From an uncultured Clostridium sp. (lineage in GTDB: Bacteria > Bacillota > Clostridia > TANB77 > CAG-508): a stretch of 61,569 bases of DNA. Position 1 is the first letter of the stretch; the number at the start of each line of letters is the position of its first letter. The position numbers and the translations under genes were made by a program. Positions 40,008 to 49,802 of this stretch are shown here, piece after piece. The stretch spans positions 1-61,569 of the forward strand of contig CANOPF010000001.1 of the NCBI GenBank assembly GCA_947568535.1, in the 5' to 3' direction. Below the pieces are notes generated by a model. That model made no database searches, was not told the DNA's origin, and saw only the letters and a program-made list of their open reading frames with translations.

Positions 40008-40673
40008 ATGAAACCAAAAAGGCAAAAGAAAAAAGTAGATAGTTTAATCAAGATAGAAAATTTTCTGGATTATAATCAGGCTGTACAAATAGAAGATAAA
40101 ACATTTAAAAAGTTAATGTTCATTTATAGGATTGCTATTAGAGAATTAGAAACAAAACTAAGTATTTTACAAGATGAGTTTAACGTATTTTATGATTATG
40201 ATTTAATTGACCATATTAATACGAGAATTAAGACACCAGAAAGTATTATGCAAAAGATGGAAAAAAGACATTTAAATCTTACGTATAAAGATATGATTGA
40301 AAACATTAATGATATTGCAGGAGTTAGAATCATATGTCCACGAAAAAAAGACATTTTTTCTATTAAAGATTTTATACAAAAGATGCCTAATATTCATATC
40401 ATGAAGGAAAAAGACTATATTACTTATCCAAAAAAAAGTGGGTATTCTAGTTATCATTTGATTGTAGAAGTACCTATCACACTATCACAACAAAATATCT
40501 ATGTAAAAGTAGAAGTCCAAATAAGAACGATAGCTATGGACTTTTGGGCCAGTCTAGAACACAAAATGAAATATAAACCAGAACAAGAGATTAGTACAAA
40601 AGAAGCAAGAGAATGGGTGAAGTGTGCAAAAATGATTAATCAATTAGAAAACAAAATCATGTTACTTAGTTAA
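40008..40673 (+). CDS. small alarmone synthetase (RelQ/RelP-type GTP pyrophosphokinase)
   Basis: RelA_SpoT synthetase motifs DIAGVRIICP, SGYSSYHLIV and VEVQIRTIAMDFWASLEHK, in a single-domain protein of about 220 aa. Confidence 0.88.
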   Translation: MKPKRQKKKVDSLIKIENFLDYNQAVQIEDKTFKKLMFIYRIAIRELETKLSILQDEFNVFYDYDLIDHINTRIKTPESIMQKMEKRHLNLTYKDMIENINDIAGVRIICPRKKDIFSIKDFIQKMPNIHIMKEKDYITYPKKSGYSSYHLIVEVPITLSQQNIYVKVEVQIRTIAMDFWASLEHKMKYKPEQEISTKEAREWVKCAKMINQLENKIMLLS

Positions 40674-40706
40674 TGCCAAAAAGGAAATTCCTTTTTGGCA
40701 ATTTTT
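40674..40706 (+). terminator. rho-independent terminator
   Basis: TGCCAAAAAGGA-aat-TCCTTTTTGGCA followed by ATTTTT. Confidence 0.8.
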
Positions 40707-40814
40707 GTCTATTTTGTTCAAAAAAATGGCAAACAAAGAAGGATTTATGTAAAATGCGTCGAATAATATAACTATATATTAAATAAAAATAGGTCGAAAG
40801 AAAGTGAGAGAGAA

Positions 40815-42596
40815 ATGCAACGTTATAGTGACGAAATCATAGAAGAAGTAAGACAAGCAAATGATATCGTAGATATTTTATCACAATATGTGCATTTAAA
40901 AAGAAGTGGTAGAAACTTTTTTGGACTTTGCCCATTTCATAATGAAAAATCTCCATCTTTTTCTGTATCACCAGATAAACAAATCTTCCATTGCTTTGGC
41001 TGTGGTGTAGGGGGCAATGTTTTTACTTTTTTAACCAAAATAGAAGGAATTAATTTTGTCGAAGCAGTTCGAACTTTGGCAGAAAGAGCAAATATACAAT
41101 TACCAGCATTAGAAGATAAGGCCGATTCAGCAAAGGAATTGTTGAAAACTAAGGTATATAAAGTAAATGAATTTGCAGCCAATTACTTCCATCAAAATTT
41201 GTATCAACCAGAATCGAAAATAGCCCAAGAATATATCAAACAAAGAAAGTTAACCAATGAAACCTTAAAAGTCTTTCAGATAGGCTTTTCAGGAAAATTT
41301 GATGAATTGTTTCAAGCTTTAAAAAAACAGGGATTTGATGATCCTGAGATTCTAGAATCGGGATTGGTTAATCGAAACGAAAGAGGACAATATATCGATC
41401 GTTATCGCAATAGGCTCATGTTTCCTATTTGTGATGTACGAGGTAGAGTTATTGCTTTTGGAGGAAGAGTATTAGATAATACTAAGCCTAAATATATTAA
41501 TTCATCAGAAAATATTGTGTATAGTAAAGGACGCAATTTATTTGGATTAAATGTTGCCAAAAAAGGAGATATTAAGCAAATTTTAGTAGTTGAAGGGTAT
41601 ATGGATGTTATTTCCCTTCACCAAAGAGGGATTACTAATGTAGTAGCACCATTAGGAACAGCACTTACACAACAACAAGGGTGGTTACTAAGGAGAAATT
41701 CAGAGAAAATCATATTAAGTTTTGATTCTGATGAAGCAGGTTTAACTGCTAAAATAAGGGCATTGGATATTTTACAAGATATGGGATGCGATATTCGAAT
41801 TCTACAAATGGAGGGAGCAAAAGATCCAGATGAATATATTATTAAATATGGAAAGGCAAGATTTTTTCCGTTGATGGAAAAAGCTTTATCTGTCATTGAA
41901 TTTAAAGTAAAAATGTTAAAACAGAATTTACATTTAGACAGTGTTAACGATAAAATTAAGTTTTTGAAAGAAATAGCCAAATTAATAGCTAAAGTAGATA
42001 ATACAATAGAAAAAGAGGTATATATCGAAAAGATTGCCAAAGAGTACCATATAGCGAAAGAAGCTATTTATGCAGAAGTTTATAAATTGATGGATAAAAG
42101 AGGCAAAGGAGAAAAAATTCTAGAAAAAACCAAACCAGTTATCCATCCCATAAAAAGACATGAACAAGATATTCCACAAGCCATAAAAAGACGAGAGGAC
42201 ACAATCATATCAATATTATTAACAGGAGATATCCACATATTTCAAGTCATTAAGCAAAATATAAAAATAGAAGATTTTAACGATCAGATTAATCAGAAAA
42301 TTGTTAGAAAACTGTATGAAGAATTCGAAAAAGGAAATAGTAATATAAATAGCATAATTGATATGTTAGAAGAGGAAGAGCAAAGTCATATTACAGAAAT
42401 TATGGCAAATGATGATGAGATTGCTGATGTAGAGAAGGCAATAGATGATATTATGCATAGTTATGAAAAAGACAAGTTAAATGAACGTAAATTTGAGATA
42501 TTGGCATTATTAGAAGGAAATTTAGAAACTAATCAGAAACAAGACCTAGAAAAGGAGTTAATGGAAATTGTGGTAAGATTAGCAAGAATTAAGTAG
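40815..42596 (+). CDS. dnaG: DNA primase
   Basis: Zinc-binding CPFHNEKSPSFSVSPDKQIFHCFGCG, a TOPRIM domain (VVEGYMDV) and a C-terminal helicase-interaction region. Confidence 0.93.
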   Translation: MQRYSDEIIEEVRQANDIVDILSQYVHLKRSGRNFFGLCPFHNEKSPSFSVSPDKQIFHCFGCGVGGNVFTFLTKIEGINFVEAVRTLAERANIQLPALEDKADSAKELLKTKVYKVNEFAANYFHQNLYQPESKIAQEYIKQRKLTNETLKVFQIGFSGKFDELFQALKKQGFDDPEILESGLVNRNERGQYIDRYRNRLMFPICDVRGRVIAFGGRVLDNTKPKYINSSENIVYSKGRNLFGLNVAKKGDIKQILVVEGYMDVISLHQRGITNVVAPLGTALTQQQGWLLRRNSEKIILSFDSDEAGLTAKIRALDILQDMGCDIRILQMEGAKDPDEYIIKYGKARFFPLMEKALSVIEFKVKMLKQNLHLDSVNDKIKFLKEIAKLIAKVDNTIEKEVYIEKIAKEYHIAKEAIYAEVYKLMDKRGKGEKILEKTKPVIHPIKRHEQDIPQAIKRREDTIISILLTGDIHIFQVIKQNIKIEDFNDQINQKIVRKLYEEFEKGNSNINSIIDMLEEEEQSHITEIMANDDEIADVEKAIDDIMHSYEKDKLNERKFEILALLEGNLETNQKQDLEKELMEIVVRLARIK

Positions 42597-42662
42597 GAGA
42601 GTTTGCAGAATAATGATGAAGAAAGATTATTTGGCGAACAAATAGAAAGGATGGATTAAATC

Positions 42663-43940
42663 ATGGCAAAGAAAAAAGAAGAAGTAGAAAATGTGGAAAG
42701 AAACAATACCAATAAAAAAGAAGAGATAAAAGCAACGGAAAAGAAAAAAGAAAGAATGGAAGAGGCAAGGAAAACTGTAAAAAAGAAAGCAGAAGATAAA
42801 CAAGAAGTTTCTTCAGAGCAAAACCATATAGAGATAGAAAAAAGTGAAGAAGCAGAAATGAAAATAAAAGAAGAAAAGGTGAATAGTATCCTAAAAAAGG
42901 CTAAAGAAAAAGGCCAAATAACCTATGGCGATTTAGCTACAGAATTAGATGGAGTAAATCCAGAGAAAATTGATCAAGTTTTTGATGCTTTTGAGGAATT
43001 AGGCGTAGACTTATTAGCTGATGAATTAGAAGAAGAACCCAATATTGAGGATTTAAAAGAAGTTGAAGATTTAAAGTTAGATGAGATAACCGATACTAGT
43101 TATGAAGGAATTAATGTTGATGATCCAGTGAGAATGTATTTAAGAGAAATTGGAAGAATACAACTTTTAACTTTTGATCAGGAATTAGATTTAGCTAAAA
43201 GAATTTTAGATGGTGATGAAGAAGCGAAAAAACAATTAGCAGAATCAAATTTAAGATTGGTTGTTAGTATCGCTAAAAAATATGTAGGAAGAGGCATGTT
43301 GTTTTTAGATTTAATCCAAGAAGGGAATATGGGACTAATTAAGGCTGTTGAAAAATTTGATTATACAAAAGGATTTAAATTCAGTACGTATGCGACATGG
43401 TGGATTAGACAAGCTATAACAAGAGCAATTGCTGATCAGGCAAGAACAATAAGGATTCCTGTGCATATGGTAGAAACCATTAATAAATTAATTAGAACAT
43501 CAAGGCATTTATTACAACAATTGGGAAGAGAGCCAAGTCCAGAAGAAATAGCTGTTGAAATGGAAATTTCTGTAGAAAAAGTAATGGAAATTCAAAAAAT
43601 AGCACAAGATCCAGTATCTTTAGAAACGCCTATTGGGGAAGAAGATGATAGTCATCTAGGAGATTTTATTCAAGATGATGATAGTCCAGCACCTCATGAT
43701 TCAGCAGCCTATACATTATTAAAAGAGCAATTAGAAGATGTAATGAATACATTAACACCAAGAGAGGCAAAAGTATTAAAATTAAGATTTGGATTAGAAG
43801 ATGGTAAAGCTAGAACATTAGAAGAGGTAGGACGTGAATTTGAAGTAACCAGAGAAAGAATTAGACAAATTGAAGCAAAGGCTTTGCGAAAATTAAGACA
43901 TCCTAGTAGAAGTAGAAAGCTTAAAGATTACATGGGCTAA
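42663..43940 (+). CDS. sigA: primary RNA polymerase sigma factor
   Basis: Charged N-terminal extension, then region 2 ([38 protein letters not shown]) and regions 3 and 4 ([12 protein letters not shown]..., [17 protein letters not shown]). Confidence 0.93.
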   Translation: MAKKKEEVENVERNNTNKKEEIKATEKKKERMEEARKTVKKKAEDKQEVSSEQNHIEIEKSEEAEMKIKEEKVNSILKKAKEKGQITYGDLATELDGVNPEKIDQVFDAFEELGVDLLADELEEEPNIEDLKEVEDLKLDEITDTSYEGINVDDPVRMYLREIGRIQLLTFDQELDLAKRILDGDEEAKKQLAESNLRLVVSIAKKYVGRGMLFLDLIQEGNMGLIKAVEKFDYTKGFKFSTYATWWIRQAITRAIADQARTIRIPVHMVETINKLIRTSRHLLQQLGREPSPEEIAVEMEISVEKVMEIQKIAQDPVSLETPIGEEDDSHLGDFIQDDDSPAPHDSAAYTLLKEQLEDVMNTLTPREAKVLKLRFGLEDGKARTLEEVGREFEVTRERIRQIEAKALRKLRHPSRSRKLKDYMG

Positions 43941-43985
43941 TAGAATTAGCATGTTTTGTGTTAGAAGCAAAAAGGAGAATAAAGG

Positions 43986-45050
43986 ATGGGGCAAATAATT
44001 GGTTTAGTAGAGAAAATTATTACTGTACAAGTTATGGATATATTAATAGCCATAGGAATTATTTTATTTTTTAGAATTTTTAGCAGTAGTTTTTCATATA
44101 TCATTATTAGCATGTTTAAATTAAAAGAAAATAAAGTAAAAAAAATTAAAGAAAATGCTTTTTATAGTCCATTACGAGTATTTTTTACCATATTGGGTGT
44201 GTATTTAGCCATTGTTTTCTTAAAAGAACCTTTAGGTTTGAGCAGTGAAGTTATGAGTATTATGTACAAAGCTTTTATTATCATTAGTACCATAGCATTT
44301 GCTAAAGGGCTAGCCAAAAGTTTTACACCGAAGTCATCTTTATATAAAACAATAAAAGAAAGTACAAATCATAGATGGGAAGATTCTATGTTTGACTTTG
44401 CTTTCAAATTGTTTCGAATTATTATTTATATTATTGCAGGGTTTATTGTTATTACAGCTTTGGGAATAAGGTTAGATGGATTAATTGCTGGATTAGGAAT
44501 AGGAGGAGTTATTATTACGTTAGCTGCTCAAGATACAGCGAAAAATCTATTTGGAGGGCTAGTCATTTTTTTGGATAAACCATTTGTAGTAGGAGACTGG
44601 ATTCAAATGGATGCTTATGAAGGTACAGTGGAAGATATTACGTTTAGAAGTACAAGGGTTAGAACATTTGAAAATTCTGTACTCAATATTCCCAATTCAA
44701 CTATTTCTAATGCTTCTATTATTAATTGGAGTAAAATGGAAAAGAGAAGGTATCGTACAAATTTATGTATTGAATTGGATACACCATTAGAAAAGTTAGA
44801 AAAATTTAAGTTAAGAGTACAAAATATGTTACAAGAAAGAGAAGCTATCTATGATGATTCCATTCTTGTTAAATTTGACCATATTACAGATAATGGGTTA
44901 AATGTGCTTATCTGTAGTTACACAGATTCAGTAGATTATACAAGTTATTTGACAGAAAAAGAAGATATTAATTATAAGATTATGAAGATTTTACAAGAAG
45001 AAGAAATTAAATTAGCTTATGATACAAAAACAGTACAGATAAAGAATTGA
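43986..45050 (+). CDS. mechanosensitive ion channel (MscS) family protein
   Basis: TM helices followed by NLFGGLVIFLDKPFVVGDWI and a GTVEDITFRSTRVRT beta-domain. Confidence 0.85.
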   Translation: MGQIIGLVEKIITVQVMDILIAIGIILFFRIFSSSFSYIIISMFKLKENKVKKIKENAFYSPLRVFFTILGVYLAIVFLKEPLGLSSEVMSIMYKAFIIISTIAFAKGLAKSFTPKSSLYKTIKESTNHRWEDSMFDFAFKLFRIIIYIIAGFIVITALGIRLDGLIAGLGIGGVIITLAAQDTAKNLFGGLVIFLDKPFVVGDWIQMDAYEGTVEDITFRSTRVRTFENSVLNIPNSTISNASIINWSKMEKRRYRTNLCIELDTPLEKLEKFKLRVQNMLQEREAIYDDSILVKFDHITDNGLNVLICSYTDSVDYTSYLTEKEDINYKIMKILQEEEIKLAYDTKTVQIKN

Positions 45051-45053
45051 AGT

Positions 45054-45090
45054 AATGGGTATGTGGCATCTAATGCTTACATACCCATTT
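45054..45090 (+). terminator. terminator-like hairpin after the mscS-family gene
   Basis: AATGGGTATGT, a 14-nt loop, then ACATACCCATT. The T tract is weak. Confidence 0.5.
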
Positions 45091-45186
45091 AAAGAGAATA
45101 ACAAATTGATAAAAAGAAAGACATATTTCACGATAAAGACACAATATGTCTTTATAATAAAAATAAAAATTATAGGAGTGATATAA

Positions 45187-45864
45187 ATGCCAGATAATTA
45201 TATTTTAGTGGTGGATGATGAATTAAGAATGAGAAAACTAATAAAAGATTTTTTAATGGCAAAAGGATATAACATAATAGAAGCAGAAGACGGAGAAAAA
45301 GCATTAGAAGTATTTCAAGAAAATAAAAATAAAATCAAATTAATATTATTAGATGTTATGATGCCTAAACTAGATGGATGGTCTGTTCTTCGTCAAATTA
45401 GACAAGAATCCAGAGTTCCTATTGTCATGCTTACAGCAAGGGGGGAAGAACAAGATGAATTATTTGGTTTTGAATTAGGTGTAGATGAGTATATTACTAA
45501 GCCATTCAGTCCTAAAATATTAGTAGCAAGAGTAGAAGCTATTTTAAAGCGATCAGAAAAGGATATTACCGAAATAGAAGATCATGCTGGAATTGAAGTA
45601 GATAAAGAAGGTAGAACAATAAAAGTAGAAGGAAAAGTTATTGAATTAAGTTTAAGAGAATATGAACTTTTAATTTATCTTATTGAAAATGAGAATATAG
45701 CTTTATCTAGAGATAAAATATTAAATAATGTATGGAATTATGATTATTATGGAGATTCAAGAACAATTGATAGCCACATTAAAAAGATAAGACATAAATT
45801 GGGAAAGAAAGGAAAATATATCAAAACGATGAGAGGCATTGGATACAAATTTGAGATAAAGTAA
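45187..45864 (+). CDS. OmpR-family response regulator
   Basis: Receiver domain (VVDDE...LLDVMMPKLDG...LTA) plus a winged-helix output domain (RTIDSHIKKIRHKL...IKTMRGIGYKF). Confidence 0.9.
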   Translation: MPDNYILVVDDELRMRKLIKDFLMAKGYNIIEAEDGEKALEVFQENKNKIKLILLDVMMPKLDGWSVLRQIRQESRVPIVMLTARGEEQDELFGFELGVDEYITKPFSPKILVARVEAILKRSEKDITEIEDHAGIEVDKEGRTIKVEGKVIELSLREYELLIYLIENENIALSRDKILNNVWNYDYYGDSRTIDSHIKKIRHKLGKKGKYIKTMRGIGYKFEIK

Positions 45865-45909
45865 AAAGAAGTTTTTTACTAGATTTGTGCCATAAGGAGG
45901 GATGAAAAA

Positions 45910-47412
45910 ATGGAGAGTTTTAAAGATGCATTAAAATCAGTAAGAGTCAAACTTTTTATGACACTATCTTTAGTCATTTTAGCTATTATTGTATTTCTTA
46001 TTGTCGTTAACAATATTGTTTTTGGGCAGTTTTATCTGTATAGCAAAACAAAGACATTAAAATCTGTATATGAAGTAATTAATAATTATTATAAGACATC
46101 GCAAGACATAGATTTGGAAAATCAATTAGAAAAAATTGCTATTAGCAATAATTTTGACATACTAATCAAAAATAATCAAAATGTCAATGTATATACTTCA
46201 AATAAAGACTTCTTTCATACATTAGGACAAATGAATGAAATGACTAGTCGATTTAATACCAATACAGGAGAAATAATTGAAAAAGATGAATCTTTTGTCA
46301 TTAAGAGAATGAAAGATAGTAAAAATGATATTACCTATATCTTATTGTCTGCTAGTTTAGATAATGGTTATTTATTATATATCAGGATACCCATAACTTC
46401 TATTCAAGAAAGTGTAAAAATATCTAATAATTTCTTATATTTAATGGCAGGATTTGCGATTTTAATTGCAGCAGTTATCGTATCTTATGTATCAAGGAAG
46501 TTTGGTGATCCAATTTCCGAACTAAATGATATTGCCAAAAAAATGGCTAATTTAGATTTTAGCCATAAGTATAAAATGAAAGATGCTGATGATGAAATTA
46601 ACCATTTAGGAAAAAGTATTAATGTCATGTCAGATAAATTAGAACGAACCATTAAACAATTAAGGAATACGAATATTGAATTAGAAAAAGATATTGAAGA
46701 GAAATCTAAAATTGATGAAATGAGAAAAAGCTTTATATCGGATGTATCTCATGAATTGAAAACGCCAATTGCTTTAATACAAGGCTATAGTGAAGGATTA
46801 TTGGAAAATGTAAATACAGATGAAGAAAGTAGAAAATTTTATGCAGAAGTCATTTTAGATGAAACCAATAAAATGGATCGATTAGTAAAACAATTACTAG
46901 ATTTGATGAAATTAGAATATGGAAAAAGAGAGTTTGAAGATAAAACATTTGATATTGTAGAATTAGAAAAAGAAGTTGTCAGAAAATCCCAACTCATGTT
47001 AGAAGAAAAACAAGTTAAAGTAGAATTACAAACGATAGAAGAAATTAATGTATTTGCTGATGACTTTTATATCGAACAGGTAATCAGTAATTATATTACC
47101 AATGCGATTAAACATGTTAAACAAGTAGATGGAGAAAAATATATAAAAATAGAAAATGTAGTAAATGTAGAAAAAAACAAAGTAAGAGTTAAAGTCTTTA
47201 ATACAGGAGATAATCTTCAAGAAGAAGATATAGCAAGAATTTGGAATCGTTTTTATAAAGTAGATACTTCTAGAAATAGACAAAATGGTGGAACAGGAAT
47301 AGGTTTATCTTTTGTAAAAGCCATTATGAACAATTATGGAAATATATATGGGGTTATGAATAAAGACAATGGTGTAGAGTTTTATTTGGAACTAGATTTG
47401 AAAATAGAATAG
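45910..47412 (+). CDS. sensor histidine kinase (2 TM, HAMP, HisKA, HATPase)
   Basis: H-box FISDVSHELKTPIALI, N-box YITNAIKH, and FNTGDNL and GGTGIGLSFV G-boxes. Paired with the regulator upstream. Confidence 0.9.
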   Translation: MESFKDALKSVRVKLFMTLSLVILAIIVFLIVVNNIVFGQFYLYSKTKTLKSVYEVINNYYKTSQDIDLENQLEKIAISNNFDILIKNNQNVNVYTSNKDFFHTLGQMNEMTSRFNTNTGEIIEKDESFVIKRMKDSKNDITYILLSASLDNGYLLYIRIPITSIQESVKISNNFLYLMAGFAILIAAVIVSYVSRKFGDPISELNDIAKKMANLDFSHKYKMKDADDEINHLGKSINVMSDKLERTIKQLRNTNIELEKDIEEKSKIDEMRKSFISDVSHELKTPIALIQGYSEGLLENVNTDEESRKFYAEVILDETNKMDRLVKQLLDLMKLEYGKREFEDKTFDIVELEKEVVRKSQLMLEEKQVKVELQTIEEINVFADDFYIEQVISNYITNAIKHVKQVDGEKYIKIENVVNVEKNKVRVKVFNTGDNLQEEDIARIWNRFYKVDTSRNRQNGGTGIGLSFVKAIMNNYGNIYGVMNKDNGVEFYLELDLKIE

Positions 47413-47647
47413 TGATAAAAAGGCTTGAGAATAGGGTTACATGCAAAAAGCATTTTTCTCAGGTCTTTTCTTTTGTCGAAATTTGCGATGAAAAGTGCTT
47501 TACAAATAAAAGAAAATATATTATGATATTTAAGAAAGTTGACTTTAAATCTAAAAAAATTAATTCACCAAAATTTTTTCGAAAAAATTATTTCTTGAAA
47601 TTTTCAAAAAAAGTAAAACAAATAAGAGTAATAAGGAGTGTGATAGG

Positions 47648-48217
47648 ATAGGAACGTTTAAATATAGCACATGGTATATAAATGGATTTAGTTTTGTAAT
47701 TTCCATTGTCTTATTTTTTATCTTAAGTATTTTTTATACTCATTTTAATTTTGAATCTCAAAAAGAAGTTTTAACCACAGGATTTGTCGCCAATCTTGAA
47801 AATCAAAGTAAAATCCCAAACATTGAATCACAACAAAAAGAACCAAAATGGTATTTAGAAATTCCTAATATTTGTTTATATGCTGAAATTGCAGAAGGAA
47901 CAACAAAGGAAATTATGGATAATTATATTGGACATTTTGAAGAAACACAAAAGTGGAAAGGGAATGTATGTTTAGCAGCCCACAATAGAGGGTATAAAAA
48001 TAATTACTTTTCAGAAGTGAAAACATTAAAAGAAGGTGATAAAATTATTTACCATTATGAAGGTAAGCTTAGAGAATATCTAGTAGAAAAAAATATAATT
48101 ATAAAAGATACAGACTTATCTTGTTTAGAAGATACACAAAAGAATAAGATGACACTAATAACCTGTGTAGAAAATGAGCCGAATTACAGGAGATGTGTTA
48201 AAGCAGTGGAACAATAA
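47648..48217 (+). CDS. sortase family transpeptidase, no canonical start codon upstream of its TM anchor
   Basis: The frame is open from 47564. It encodes TM helix FSFVISIVLFFILSIFY, then LAAHN (His), TLITC (Cys) and RRC (Arg). AAGGAG lies at 47633-47638. The only in-frame ATG/GTG/TTG is at 47915, so ATA 47648 is a guess. Confidence 0.65.
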   Translation: MGTFKYSTWYINGFSFVISIVLFFILSIFYTHFNFESQKEVLTTGFVANLENQSKIPNIESQQKEPKWYLEIPNICLYAEIAEGTTKEIMDNYIGHFEETQKWKGNVCLAAHNRGYKNNYFSEVKTLKEGDKIIYHYEGKLREYLVEKNIIIKDTDLSCLEDTQKNKMTLITCVENEPNYRRCVKAVEQ

Positions 48218-48242
48218 TAAAAAAGAAAGGAAGAATGAAAAA

Positions 48243-49607
48243 TTGAAGAAAAAAAATAGAAAGTTAAAGAAGGTACTTATCATCATAGCACTATTGGTTA
48301 TGAATGGACTAGGTGTAATTAATGCAGTATATGCATCTACCCCTATTAATTCAGCACATGTATATGCGATAGGAGATTGTGGACAATTATTAAAATATAA
48401 AGGAGTTATTGTAGTAACTGACTATGTACAATATACTGCACAGGGAATAAACTATCCAGCGTATTGTTTAGACAAGACCAAAATAGGAGCACAAGTAAAA
48501 CCATATGATGTTTCTATACAAGAAGCAATTAAAGATGTAGGTTTATGGAAGGTTATTATCAATGGATACCCATATAAATCAATACAAGAGTTAGGCGTAG
48601 CAAATAAAGAAGAGGCTTTTACAGCTACGAAACAAGCTGTATACTGTTATATCCATGAAAATAAACCAGAAGATTATGAAGGCATTGGAGAAGCTGGGAA
48701 TAGAACCTTGAGAGCATTGCATAAAATTGTAAAAGATGCACAAAATGAAAAAGATGCACAAAATGAAAAAGGAACTAAGATATCCAATACATTAGAAATT
48801 AAGCCATCAAATGTAGAATGGAAACAAGATGAATTAAACCCACAATATGTCTCTAAAACATTTTCTATATCAGCAGGAGCTCATATCAAGAATTTTAACA
48901 TAACCGTAATCAAAGAAAATGCACAAGATATAGGAGGAATTAAGCTAACAAATATACAAAATGTGGAAAAGAGTGAATTTGCACCAAATGAGCAATTTAA
49001 AGTGTTAGTGCCAATTAAAAATATGACAGAAGAAGCAACATTAAAATTAACAGTAGAAAGTCAGATTCAAACTAAACCAATCTTATATGGTGTAGCACCT
49101 AATAGTCAGAATCAAGATTATGCATTAACTGCTGCAACATATGAGGATGGTAGAGGAGAAAAAAGAGATGCATATCCAAAAAATGAAACAAAGATTATTA
49201 TTGTCAAACAAGATGAAAAAACAAAACAGAAGTTGGAAGGTGTAGAATTTGAATTATTAGATGAAAACAAAAAGGTAGTATATGCAGATTTAAAAACAAA
49301 CAAAGAAGGGAAAATACAAATTAATCATATTATTCCAGGTAAATATTATTTAAGAGAAACACGAACAAAAGAAGGGTATGAGAAATATGAAGAATTGATT
49401 GATTTAGAAATAGCATTACAAGAAGAATATACAGTAACAGTAAATAATAATCCAGAAGAAAAGCCAAAAGTAGAAATCGACAAGAAAACAAAAAATAAAG
49501 AAGTAAGTTCTGCTAATGTGAAAAAAGTAAAACAAAAAGAAGAAGAAAAGGAAGAAGAAATTCCTAATATAATCAAGAGAGAAAAATTACCAGTAACAGG
49601 TAAATAA
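48243..49607 (+). CDS. surface adhesin-like protein: signal peptide, thioester-like N-domain, SpaA/Cna-B type domain, terminal LPVTG
   Basis: TTG 48243 gives LKKKNRKLKKVLIIIALLVMNG...AS. YPAYCLDKT and ATKQAVYCY resemble Cys-Gln thioester domain motifs. LEGVEFELLDENKKVVYADLKTNKEGKIQINHIIPGKYYLRETRTKEGY is Cna-B-like. The ORF ends ...EKLPVTGK then stop. Confidence 0.7.
   Translation: MKKKNRKLKKVLIIIALLVMNGLGVINAVYASTPINSAHVYAIGDCGQLLKYKGVIVVTDYVQYTAQGINYPAYCLDKTKIGAQVKPYDVSIQEAIKDVGLWKVIINGYPYKSIQELGVANKEEAFTATKQAVYCYIHENKPEDYEGIGEAGNRTLRALHKIVKDAQNEKDAQNEKGTKISNTLEIKPSNVEWKQDELNPQYVSKTFSISAGAHIKNFNITVIKENAQDIGGIKLTNIQNVEKSEFAPNEQFKVLVPIKNMTEEATLKLTVESQIQTKPILYGVAPNSQNQDYALTAATYEDGRGEKRDAYPKNETKIIIVKQDEKTKQKLEGVEFELLDENKKVVYADLKTNKEGKIQINHIIPGKYYLRETRTKEGYEKYEELIDLEIALQEEYTVTVNNNPEEKPKVEIDKKTKNKEVSSANVKKVKQKEEEKEEEIPNIIKREKLPVTGK
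48732..48767 (+). repeat. perfect 18-bp tandem duplication inside the adhesin gene
   Basis: AAAGATGCACAAAATGAA occurs twice, in frame (KDAQNE KDAQNE). Confidence 0.9.
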
Positions 49608-49614
49608 TAAAAAG

Positions 49615-49652
49615 ACAAAAAAGAATAATAAATAATTATTATTCTTTTTTTC
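49615..49652 (+). terminator. rho-independent terminator after the adhesin gene
   Basis: AAAAAAGAATAATAA-ataa-TTATTATTCTTTTTTT. Confidence 0.75.
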
Positions 49653-49802
49653 AATTAAAAAATGAATAGAAAAAGCATAAAGATATGCATAATTGTTTTT
49701 TACCATAAAAAAATTTCAATCATATTGCTTTTGTTCTTGAAAAAAGAATAAAAAATGGATATAATAAGAACAATAATAAAAAATTAAAGGAGTCGATAAT
49801 TC

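Noticed and set aside
41618-42040. A 140-aa minus-strand ORF inside dnaG.
   Set aside because: It is an antisense shadow.
42663-42900. A Lys/Glu-rich repetitive stretch at the 5' end of sigA, and similar stretches in 28900-29050 and 49440-49560.
   Set aside because: These are low-complexity coding sequence typical of AT-rich genomes, not a DNA repeat element or CRISPR-like array.
47412-47651. A 79-aa plus-strand ORF after the histidine kinase.
   Set aside because: It covers a terminator-like hairpin and promoter-like AT-rich DNA. It has a basic low-complexity product and no RBS, so the region is more likely intergenic.
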